Shown here one piece after another: positions 28,050 to 38,641 of a DNA stretch of 64,000 bases (within the stretch, counting starts at the first letter, position 1; the number at the start of each line of letters is the position of its first letter). Source of the DNA: Deltaproteobacteria bacterium (lineage in GTDB: Bacteria; Myxococcota_A; Polyangia; Polyangiales; Houyiibacteriaceae); assembly GCA_034670305.1 (NCBI GenBank), contig JAXMNT010000004.1:81182-145181 (forward strand), given 5' to 3'. The notes under the pieces were generated by a model. It was not told the DNA's origin. It searched no databases and saw nothing but the letters and a program-made list of their open reading frames with translations. The position numbers and the translations under genes are program-made.

Positions 28050-29173
28050 GAACTGCGACCGCTGTCTTCTGGGTGTGCCTGCTCGGCTGCAGCAGCGGCT
28101 CCGCGGAGTTGGTGATCGACCTCCGAACGGACTTCGTGGCGGGCGTCGAATTCGACCGCGCGCGGGTCCAAGTCGGCGCCGAGCGGTTGGAGGTCGCCTT
28201 CGACCCGTCGGTGAGGTCGCGGCTCGCCCACCGGGTGGCGGAACTGGATGTCTCGCCGGGCGACTACGCGGTGGAGGTGGCGCTCGTCGCCCCGGGCGGC
28301 GAGACGCTCGTGGTGCGCGACGTGAGCGTGAGCGTTCGATCGGATCTCGCCGTCACGTTGGTCATCACCCGCGCGTGCGAGAACGTGACCTGCGGGCTCG
28401 GCGAGAGCTGCCTCGGCGGCGAGTGTGTGCCGGGCGCGTGCATTCGGGGCGACGAACCGAGCTGTCCCGAACCGCAGTGCACCGTGGACACCGACTGCAT
28501 GGGCGCAGCGGCGGACTGCGCCGAGCCACGCTGCGAGTTCGGCGTGTGTGTGCTCGCGCCCACCGGCACCTGCGAGACGGCCGCGTACTGCGACCCGAAC
28601 TTCGGCTGCACCATCCTTCCAGGAACGGACGCTGGTCCGATGGACGCCGGTGCCGATGCAGGGAGCGACGCAGGCGTGGACGCCGGCATCGTGTGCAGAC
28701 CGACGATCGATTGTGCGATCGACTGCAGCGACTTCGACGCGTGGCCAGCCGACTGGGCCGCAGAAGAGATGCGCGCGCTCGACGAGATGAACCGCTTCCG
28801 AACCGAAGGCGCGCTGTGCGAAGGGGTCGACCTACCCCCGAGGGCTCCGGTCGTCATGGACCGGGCCATCCGGATCTCCGCCCGGTGCCACGCCCAGGAC
28901 ATGGCGGAGAATGGCTTCTTCAACGACATCGGCACGGACGGTCGGAGTTCGATCACGCGGTTCCGGGACACGGGCTTCGACGGCTTGCGCGATCGCGAAC
29001 TCAGCAGCCAGAGCCGGCGCGAAGGCGCCGAGTGGATACAGCACATGATGGGGCTGGTCCACTGCGGCGCCGTGATGTCCGAGGACGCGACCCACATCGG
29101 CATCGGGCGCTACAACGTCGAAGGCGACGACGTGATTCTCTGGAACGCGCCGATGGGCAAACCCCGCCCGTAG
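28046..29173 (+). CDS. Paralogous Cys-rich lipoprotein with divergent CAP domain
   Basis: LLGC lipobox, LVIDLRTDFVAGVEFD, HAQDMAENGFF; ATGA overlap with the previous gene. Confidence 0.8.
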   Translation: MRTATAVFWVCLLGCSSGSAELVIDLRTDFVAGVEFDRARVQVGAERLEVAFDPSVRSRLAHRVAELDVSPGDYAVEVALVAPGGETLVVRDVSVSVRSDLAVTLVITRACENVTCGLGESCLGGECVPGACIRGDEPSCPEPQCTVDTDCMGAAADCAEPRCEFGVCVLAPTGTCETAAYCDPNFGCTILPGTDAGPMDAGADAGSDAGVDAGIVCRPTIDCAIDCSDFDAWPADWAAEEMRALDEMNRFRTEGALCEGVDLPPRAPVVMDRAIRISARCHAQDMAENGFFNDIGTDGRSSITRFRDTGFDGLRDRELSSQSRREGAEWIQHMMGLVHCGAVMSEDATHIGIGRYNVEGDDVILWNAPMGKPRP

Positions 29174-29192
29174 TTCGAGTGACTCCGAAACG

Positions 29193-30080
29193 TCAGAGGA
29201 CGTTCTGGACTTGTTCGCGCAGCCGCTCCACATCCGCTTTCATCTCTACGACGATGCGGGTCACTTCGACTTCTGGCGTCTTGGAGCCGAGGGTGTTCAC
29301 TTCGCGCGCCATCTCCTGCAGCAAGAAGTCGAGTTTGCGTCCGTGGGTGGGCCCCGTGCCCTGCATCAACTCGTCGAATTGATTGCAGTGGCTGGTCAGC
29401 CGGGTGAGCTCTTCGGCCACGTCGGTGCGTTCTGCAAAGAGCGCGACCTCGTGTTCGAGGCGCGCCTCGTCCAGGGGCACCGAACGGTCCTCCAGCAGCG
29501 TCTGGATCCGTTCGCGCAGCCGCTGCCGATGGTGGTCGACGATCGTCGGCTGAATCACGCGCACCTGGGCGAGCTTCGCCCGCACCTGCTCGAGGCGTCC
29601 GCCGAGATCCTCCGCGAGCGCGCGCCCTTCCCTCAGACGCATCGCGTCCAGGGCGTCGCACGCTTGACGGGTCGCTTGCAGCACCGCTTCCCGGATCTCT
29701 TCCCCACCCCGGGCGGTGCCCGCCTGAAAGAGCCCCGGTACGCTGGACAGCAGTCCGAACGGCACGTCTTCGCCCGGGGAGATCTCGTCGCGCAGCGCGC
29801 GCAGCTGTTCGAGGGCCGCCTTGGCGAGCGCGGTGTCGAGCCGCGGCGGCAACTCCACGCGCCCGTCGGTCGTCCCGGACAGCTCGATGCGACCCCGCTG
29901 CACGCGCTTGCGCACGAGCGCCTCGACCTCGGGCGCGTGCTCGGCGATCGAGCTCGGCAGGTGCACGCGAACATCGAGGAACCGGTGGTTCACCGCCCGC
30001 GCGCCAACCGAGATCTTCACGGACTGGCCGGCGATGTCCACGACCGCATCCCCACCGCCGTACCCGGTCATCGATCGCAC
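29193..30080 (-). CDS. yicC: YicC/YloC-family endoribonuclease
   Basis: RSMTGYG, AVNHRFLDV, EELTRLTSH and GRKLDFLLQEMAREVNTLGSK...REQVQNV motifs. Confidence 0.93.
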   Translation of the reverse strand: MRSMTGYGGGDAVVDIAGQSVKISVGARAVNHRFLDVRVHLPSSIAEHAPEVEALVRKRVQRGRIELSGTTDGRVELPPRLDTALAKAALEQLRALRDEISPGEDVPFGLLSSVPGLFQAGTARGGEEIREAVLQATRQACDALDAMRLREGRALAEDLGGRLEQVRAKLAQVRVIQPTIVDHHRQRLRERIQTLLEDRSVPLDEARLEHEVALFAERTDVAEELTRLTSHCNQFDELMQGTGPTHGRKLDFLLQEMAREVNTLGSKTPEVEVTRIVVEMKADVERLREQVQNVL

Positions 30081-30144
30081 CCTCAGACGAGTAACACGAC
30101 CCAGCCCCCGAGGGTCGTGAGCAGCGCCACACATGGCGCTGCTC

Positions 30145-30335
30145 CCCTTGCCCTTGCCCTTGCCTTTGCCCTTGCCCGTGCCGAAGCCGAAGCCGAATCC
30201 GAAGCCGAATCCGAATCCGAAGCCGAATCCGAAGCCGACCCCGACCCCGATCCCGACCCCGACCCCCGACCCGACCCCGACCTCGCTACCACGAAGGCCG
30301 ATCCCGTGGCCCGTGCCCGGAATCAGAATCCGATT
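30145..30335. repeat. Drifting period-6 array (CCCTTG, then CCGAAG/CCGAAT, then CCGACC)
   Basis: Directly visible; intergenic, upstream of yicC. Confidence 0.9.
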
Positions 30336-30346
30336 CCGGGCGAACC

Positions 30347-32364
<2,018 letters not shown>

Positions 32365-32368
<4 letters not shown>

Positions 32369-32970
32369 CCCAGGAGAGATTCGGCGCGCGGCGCGAGCCG
32401 GGTGCGGCGACACATCTCCGCCCGCACGATGCCAGTGAGCTCGTTGAGCGCTTGCTGCAGGTCGTCGTTCACGACCAGGTAGTCGAAGAACGGGTAGTGC
32501 TCGATCTCGACCTTCGCCTTCGCGAAGCGAAGGTCGAGGATCTCTTGCGACTCGGTGCCGCGCGACTCGAGCCGGCGGCGCAGCTCCTCCATGCTCGGCG
32601 GCAGGATGAACACGCCGATCGCTTCGGGGAACTTCGCGCGGATCTGACGTGCCCCCTGGTAGTCCACGTCGAAGAGCAGCGCCATCTTGCCCGCGTCTTT
32701 GGCGCGCGTGATCTCGCTGACCGCGGTTCCGTACAAGTTGGAGTGCACCGCGGCCCACTCGGCGAAATCGCCCCGCTCGACGCGCTCGCGAAACTCGGCC
32801 TCGTCGACGAAGTGGTAGTCCTGGCCATCCACTTCGTTGGGGCGCGGTTTGCGCGTGGTGTGGGAGACGGAGAACCCGATGGCCTTGTCGAAGTCGCGCA
32901 AGAGCCGGTGGGTCAGCGTCGTCTTGCCCGCGCCGGAGGGCGAGCTGAGGATCAGGAGGAGAGGATCCAC
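32365..32970 (-). CDS. gmk: Guanylate kinase
   Basis: SSPSGAGKTT, SVSHTTRKPRPNEVDGQDYHFV and FILPPSMEELRRRL motifs. Confidence 0.97.
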
Positions 32971-33067
32971 GGTGCAACCGGTCTACCACGCGGCGCCGCT
33001 GGGGGCATCGGCATTCCGGAGGGAGGCGGACTGGGCGCAGGTCGTACCAAGCCGTGTGCACAGCCAA

Positions 33068-33604
33068 GTGATTCTGCTTCTCCTCGCGTCCGCGTTCCTC
33101 TCGGTGCCGGCCCTCGCCCTCGCCCAAACCGGCGAAGTGCCCGAGCCTCCCCAGCAGCGGTCCGCACTCGACCAAGAACTGTCCGAAGTCGAACGCGCGC
33201 TGGCGCACGACGGCGTCACCCGATCTCCGATGGGCGAAGAGGTCCCGTGCTGTGCGCTGGCCCAGCCCGAGCTCGATCTGGAGACCCAGCGCGAACTGCA
33301 GCTCGAGCAGGAGTGGCTGGAGGAGTACGTCGGGCTTCGCCCGGGCGCGCGCATCGTCGGCGGCTTTGCACTCGGCGCGATTGGCCTGCTCAGCATCGTC
33401 GGCTCGACGATCTTGCTGCGCGACGACTACGTGGGGACGGAGCCCTACGCCGCGCTCGCGATCGTCAGCGGGGTCATCGCACTCGCCGGACTGCGGCTGG
33501 TGATCTCCGGTCGCAAACAAGCGGAGCGACGCCGCGAGTTGCGCGGGCTGCTGCGGCCGCGCGGCTGGTTGGCGTACGCGCCGGGGCGCGGCCTGGTGTT
33601 CTAG
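33068..33604 (+). CDS. Hypothetical membrane protein
   Basis: Signal peptide VILLLLASAFLSVPALALAQ and two C-terminal TM helices. Confidence 0.6.
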   Translation: MILLLLASAFLSVPALALAQTGEVPEPPQQRSALDQELSEVERALAHDGVTRSPMGEEVPCCALAQPELDLETQRELQLEQEWLEEYVGLRPGARIVGGFALGAIGLLSIVGSTILLRDDYVGTEPYAALAIVSGVIALAGLRLVISGRKQAERRRELRGLLRPRGWLAYAPGRGLVF

Positions 33605-33617
33605 TCCGAAAGCTGTC

Positions 33618-33798
33618 GCCGAATCCGAAGCCCGAAGCCGATGCCGATGCCGATGCCGATGCCGACGCCGAAGCCGAAGCCGATGCCGATGCCGATGCCG
33701 ATGCCGATGCCGATGCCGATGCCGATGCCGATGCCGACGCCGAAGCCGACGCCCGCCGATGCCGACGCCGACGCAGGAACCGACGCCGGAACCGACCC
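33618..33798. repeat. Period-6 array (GCCGAT/GCCGAA/GCCGAC) between convergent genes
   Basis: Directly visible. Confidence 0.95.
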
Positions 33799-33809
33799 CG
33801 CTCAAGCGC

Positions 33810-35996
33810 TCAGCTGCCGGTCAACGTAGGCCAGTCAGCTGACAGGTAGAAGGAGAGCATTGCGGTCAGGCGCACCGCGAGGTCGGCGTCGACGAGCACT
33901 CCGTCTTTGCGGCGCGTGGCCCATGCTTCAAGGCCCATCTCCTCCGCGCCGGCCACGTCCTTCTCCCCGCGCAGCGCAAGCATTGCGCGCACCGCGCCGA
34001 GGTCTCCGGCGAGCGCGAGGCCGACCCGGTCCGCGGTCAGCTGCATGAGGCGGTGGGTGGCGAGGAGCGGCTCGACCATGGACTCCTTCTCTTCCGGTGC
34101 TGCTTCGTCGGCGGGCGTCTTCTTCCCGAACCAGCCGCTGGCTTTGTCCATCCACTTGCCGACGGTGCCGTCGCGCACCGCGCCGAGCACCGTGCCAAAC
34201 GAGTCCGGGACCCGGATGGACTTCATGAGCGGCAACGCGGTGAAGAGCATCTCGAAACCGCTCAACCCCTTGTCGACCGCGCCGCGCCACATCTCGCTCG
34301 AGGTCACCCGCGCGTGTCCAAAGCGCAGGTGGGCGAGCTCGCTGCCGAGCGCGTACCGCAGCTCGCTCGCGCTCAACTTCAGCGGCCCTTCGTCGAGGTG
34401 CCTGCCGCCGAGCACGACGAACGCGCCGGCTCCGTCGTCGTACGCGCGGCAGCCCGTCGCCAGCTCGCCGCGAGACACGTAGCACTGCGCGTCGACGCCG
34501 AGCGCGGTCCGCGCGACTTCGAAACTCGCAAGCGCGGTCGGCTCGTCGAGCTTCGCACAGAAGGTGCGCAGCGCGGAGTGATCCGGCGTCTGCACCGTCG
34601 CCACGAGCGATTGCACAGTCGCCGCGAATGCGTCCGTGCGGCCGATGGGATGGCGCAGCGCTTCGAGTTCTTTCGGACTCCAGACGCCCCGATCGAATCT
34701 GCCATCCTCCGCCCCCCGTGGGAGTCCGTGCTCCAGCACCGCGAGCAAGCGGCCCGCGCGGTCGGCCAGTACGTCTTGCGTCTGGATGGCCTCGATGCGG
34801 GCGGGCACCATCGGCTCGAGCCGCGCAAGCGCGTGCGGCGCGGTGGGGTCGAGCGGCGCGAGCGCTTCGAGCAACGCGATCCGCGCCCGCACATGGGTCG
34901 CCGCGAGATTGCCGTCTTCGCTCGTGTGCGGCACGAGATCGGCGAGATCCGGATCCGGCAGCGCCGCGAGGCTGGACTCGAGCAAATTCTTCGCCGCCAC
35001 GTCGTCGCCTGCGCCGCGCAGGTCGTCGGCACGTTTCAGATCCGCCGCGACCGGATCGTCGCTCCGCGCGCGCGACCACTCCGCATCGCTGAGCGCCAGC
35101 GCGTGCGGGCTCGCCGCATCGAACGCGCGCAGTGCTTCGAAGATGGCCAGCCGCTGCGCCGCATCGAACTTCCAAGCGTCGGCCCAGGCAACGATCGCCT
35201 CCGGGGTGAGGCTCGCGACGAACGCGTCGTCGATCGAGAGCGGCTCAGGCGCATCCGGCGAGAGCAGCGCGCGTTCGACCCGCGCGCGGGGTCCGTCGAG
35301 GCTGGCGAGCAGCCGTTCGCCTTCGTCCCGGTGCGCCGCGCGGCACGCATCGACCACGAAGCGGAGCCGGCTGTTCGAGGGCGCGGAGAGGTGCGGCGCG
35401 AGCGCGCCGTACCGGTCTTCGTTGCCGAGGGTCGCGTGCCAGGTGCACGGCTCGGCGCCCTCGGACTTGGCAACCGCGGTGACGATGTCGCGGCCGGTGC
35501 GCACTTGAACCGACATCGACGCGAGTTCGTGCAGCACGAGGTCGCCGAGCGGGCCCAGCGCGAACCACGCGGCGCGCCGGTCGGTCCACACGAAGCGGCT
35601 CTGCACCGAGTGCTTCGGCCCGTATTCGGAGACGACTTCGAGGTCCGTCGCGGTCTCCAGAAACGCGAGCAAGAACTCGTCGGGTGCGAGCCACGTCTGG
35701 AGGAACGCACCTTCCAGCTCGGTCCACGGTTCGAGGTACGGCCCGCTCGCTGGGAGCGCCCGGTCGCCGCGCCAGCGACTCGCCGCGATGAGCGCCATCG
35801 CGTCGCCGCCCGAACCGCGCGGCACGTCGAACTTCGTACCTGCCACCTCCACCGCGTCCCGCAGCCGCCCCTCCTGGTAGAGAAGCGGCGCCGCCGGCAC
35901 CCGCGCCCCGTCGCGCTCCAGGTAGAGGGATCGCCCTCCGAGCACCAACGCCGCCCCACCCGAAAGCTCCACCGAGTCACCATCGCCGCCGAGCAT
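33810..35996 (-). CDS. Hypothetical protein with C-terminal M48-peptidase-like domain (degenerate HExxH)
   Basis: LSASELRYALGSELAHLRFGH...QLTADRVGLALAGD resembles the M48/HtpX fold; start uncertain. Confidence 0.55.
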   Translation of the reverse strand: MLGGDGDSVELSGGAALVLGGRSLYLERDGARVPAAPLLYQEGRLRDAVEVAGTKFDVPRGSGGDAMALIAASRWRGDRALPASGPYLEPWTELEGAFLQTWLAPDEFLLAFLETATDLEVVSEYGPKHSVQSRFVWTDRRAAWFALGPLGDLVLHELASMSVQVRTGRDIVTAVAKSEGAEPCTWHATLGNEDRYGALAPHLSAPSNSRLRFVVDACRAAHRDEGERLLASLDGPRARVERALLSPDAPEPLSIDDAFVASLTPEAIVAWADAWKFDAAQRLAIFEALRAFDAASPHALALSDAEWSRARSDDPVAADLKRADDLRGAGDDVAAKNLLESSLAALPDPDLADLVPHTSEDGNLAATHVRARIALLEALAPLDPTAPHALARLEPMVPARIEAIQTQDVLADRAGRLLAVLEHGLPRGAEDGRFDRGVWSPKELEALRHPIGRTDAFAATVQSLVATVQTPDHSALRTFCAKLDEPTALASFEVARTALGVDAQCYVSRGELATGCRAYDDGAGAFVVLGGRHLDEGPLKLSASELRYALGSELAHLRFGHARVTSSEMWRGAVDKGLSGFEMLFTALPLMKSIRVPDSFGTVLGAVRDGTVGKWMDKASGWFGKKTPADEAAPEEKESMVEPLLATHRLMQLTADRVGLALAGDLGAVRAMLALRGEKDVAGAEEMGLEAWATRRKDGVLVDADLAVRLTAMLSFYLSADWPTLTGS

Positions 35997-36062
35997 ACAA
36001 GAGCGAGGGTCCCGGCCGACCGAGAGTCCGATCCCGATCGCGAAGCCGTCGGATTTCGGCTC

Positions 36063-36327
36063 CCCTGCGGTTCTGCGACGGAACTTCCCCACAACTCCCC
36101 CGAACTCTCCCCAAAAGGAGGGGCGCCTACAAGTGACGCAGCGCCCACAGGCATGATCACGCAGACGCTGGTCGGGTCACCCGCGGTCGCTCGGAGGACC
36201 CAGAACCGCTGTTCTGTTTCTTGAGGCGGCGCACTCCTGCTTGGTGGTCGGTTCTCGCCGGCTTCTTGGTTTGGTTTCGGGAGAGTTTGGGGGAGTTGTG
36301 GGGGAGTGTGGGGGAGGAACCGCAGGG
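36063..36327. other. Long imperfect inverted-repeat element (candidate MITE or structured nucleic acid)
   Basis: 11-bp outer arms (36063-36073/36317-36327) and 25-bp inner arms (36087-36111/36279-36303, one G.T pair). Confidence 0.7.
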
Positions 36328-36361
36328 ACGCAGCACAGCACCGGCTGGGCATGCGCCCAGC

Positions 36362-36786
36362 CAGCATCAGAATCAGCGGCAGCATCAGCATCAGCGGCAG
36401 CATCAGCGGCAGCATCAGCGGCAGCATCAGCCGCAGCATCAGCCGCAGCATCAGCGCCAGCATCAGCCGCAGCATCAGCCGCAGCATCAGCCGCAGCATC
36501 AGCCGCAGCATCAGCCGCAGCATCAGCCGCAGCATCAGCGGCAGAATCAGCCGCAGCATCAGCCGCAGCATCAGCGGCAGCATCAGCCGCAGCATCAGCG
36601 GCAGCATCGGCTCGGCATGTCGGCTTCGGCATCGGCTTCGGCTTCGGCTTCGGCTTCGGCATCGGCATCGGCGTCGGCATCGGCTTCGGTTTCGGCTTCG
36701 GCTTCGGCTTCGGCATCGGCATCGGCGTCGGCATCGGCTTCGGCTTCGGCATCGGCATCGGCTTCGGCTTCGGCTTCGGTTCGGAT
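36362..36786. repeat. Composite array: (AGCATCAGCCGC)n 12-mers switching to TCGGCN hexamers
   Basis: Directly visible, upstream of radA. Confidence 0.95.
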
Positions 36787-36833
36787 CGCCTCCGCCCCAC
36801 AACCCGTCACACGCCCGTGCGATAAGACTCTCC

Positions 36834-38234
36834 GTGGCCGCCGCAAAGAAGAAGAAGTCGAAGAAGGGGAACTACGAGTGCACCGCCTGCGGGGCGCGGC
36901 ACGCCCGCTGGATGGGCAAGTGCACCACCTGCGACGAGTGGAACACCCTCGAAGAAGCCAAGGCCGAGGTCAGTGTCGCGTCGAAGGAGCGGACCGGTGG
37001 GAGCGCGCGTCCGGTGAAGATCAAGAACGTCAGCGCGGAGGATGCCAACCGGCTGCCCACCGGCATCGGCGAGCTCGATCGAGCGCTCGGCGGCGGCCCG
37101 GTCCGCGGCTCCGTGATCCTGCTCGGCGGCGATCCGGGCATCGGCAAGTCGACCCTCATGATGCAGGCGCTCGCCGCGCTGGCGGGGTCTGCCGCGAACG
37201 GAGGCGCGGGCCGAAGCGCGCTCTACGTCACCGGGGAAGAGTCCGCCGCGCAGGTCGCGCTGCGGGCGCGCCGCGTGGGCGGCAAGGGCATGGACGAAGT
37301 GCACCTGCTCGCCACGACCGACCTCGAAGACGCGGAGTCCGCGCTCGCGTCGATGAAACCCGAAGTCGCGGTCATCGACTCCATCCAGACCCTGCGCTCG
37401 AGCGAACTGGGCTCCTCGGCCGGCAGCGTCACCCAGCTGCGCGAAGTCTCCGGCCGCCTCATCGATCTCGCCAAGCGCCACGGCACCGCGATGTTCCTCA
37501 TCGGCCACGTGACCAAAGAAGGCACCCTCGCCGGCCCGAAGATGCTCGAGCACCTCGTCGACACGGTGCTCGCCTTCGAAGGGGACCGCAGCCACGCGTT
37601 CCGCGTCGTGCGCGCCACCAAGAACCGGTTCGGCCCCGCGCACGAGCTCGGGGTGTTCGAGATGGTCCGGGAAGGCCTGCGCGAAGTCCCCGATCCAAGC
37701 GCGCTGTTTCTCGCCGAACGCCCGAAGGACGCGGCCGGCTCGGTGGTCGTACCCACCGCCGAAGGATCCCGCCCGCTCCTCATCGAACTGCAAGCCCTCG
37801 TCGCCCCGCCCCAGTACGGCGCCCCGCGGCGCGTGGTCTCGGGGCTCGACGGCAACCGCCTCGCCATCCTGCTCGCGGTGCTCGACCGAAAGGCCGACGT
37901 CGGCGTGCTCGACCGCGACGTCTTCGCTTCGGTCGCCGGCGGCGCCCGCGTCGACGAACGCGCGCTCGACCTCGCCCTCGTGCTCGCCGTCGTCAGCAGC
38001 TACCGCAACAAGCCGGTGCCCGTCGACGTCGCGGCGTTCGGCGAAGTCGGCCTCGCCGGCGAAGTCCGCGCTGTGCCGCGCCCCGGGCCACGGGTACAGG
38101 AAGCGGCGAAGCTGGGTTTCTCGCGAGTGATTCTGCCAGCCGCCAACGCCGACCGCCTCACGAAGTCCGAACGCAAAGGGGTGCGGCTGATCGCGGTCAA
38201 CACGGTCGAAGAAGCGCTGGCGGTGCTGAGCTGA
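36834..38234 (+). CDS. radA: DNA repair protein RadA/Sms
   Basis: C4 zinc finger CTACG...[30 protein letters not shown]. Confidence 0.97.
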   Translation: MAAAKKKKSKKGNYECTACGARHARWMGKCTTCDEWNTLEEAKAEVSVASKERTGGSARPVKIKNVSAEDANRLPTGIGELDRALGGGPVRGSVILLGGDPGIGKSTLMMQALAALAGSAANGGAGRSALYVTGEESAAQVALRARRVGGKGMDEVHLLATTDLEDAESALASMKPEVAVIDSIQTLRSSELGSSAGSVTQLREVSGRLIDLAKRHGTAMFLIGHVTKEGTLAGPKMLEHLVDTVLAFEGDRSHAFRVVRATKNRFGPAHELGVFEMVREGLREVPDPSALFLAERPKDAAGSVVVPTAEGSRPLLIELQALVAPPQYGAPRRVVSGLDGNRLAILLAVLDRKADVGVLDRDVFASVAGGARVDERALDLALVLAVVSSYRNKPVPVDVAAFGEVGLAGEVRAVPRPGPRVQEAAKLGFSRVILPAANADRLTKSERKGVRLIAVNTVEEALAVLS

Positions 38235-38259
38235 GGCCGTCGGCCGCAATCGCTACAAG

Positions 38260-38508
38260 CGACAGAGCCAGCAACAGCGTCAGCGTCAGCGGCAGCGACA
38301 GCGGCAGCAACAGCGGCAGCGGCAGCGGCAGCGGCAGCGGCAGCGTCAGCGGCAGGAACAGCGTCAGCGTGTCAGCGACAGCGTCAGCGTCAGCGACAGC
38401 GTCAGCAACATCAACAACAGCGTCCGCAACAGCGTCGGCAGCAACCGCGTTCAGCAGCAGCAACAGCGTCAGCGGCAGCAGCAGCCTCAGAGACAGCAAC
38501 AGCGTCAA
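38260..38508. repeat. Period-6 CAGCNN array downstream of radA
   Basis: CAGCGT/CAGCGG/CAGCAA/CAGCGA units. Confidence 0.88.
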
Positions 38509-38641
38509 CCCCGTTGGGGTGAGGCGGCTGTCGTTGGGACATGTCCTAGCGTCGAAGGTGGTTGTGCGCGTTTTGCGAGGTGCGGACGGTTGGGTGCACC
38601 GGCGCAAAGCGCCGGTATTCGTCGACGCGAAGCGACGACGA

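Noticed and set aside
25718-29173. Integrative element or prophage at tRNA-Val(CAC)
   Set aside because: No integrase, no substantial att duplication and no obvious compositional shift.
36063-36327. 6S RNA, SRP RNA, tmRNA, RNase P RNA or a known riboswitch
   Set aside because: I could not recognise any diagnostic motifs; a cmscan is needed.
36177-36833. Long ORFs and ORF extensions reading PKPM, SASA, RHRH, GFGI through the arrays (also near 4018, 30133, 42440, 43886, 44126, 47149-48039, 51995)
   Set aside because: Hexamer arrays lack stop codons in all six frames; the real genes have clear starts outside them.
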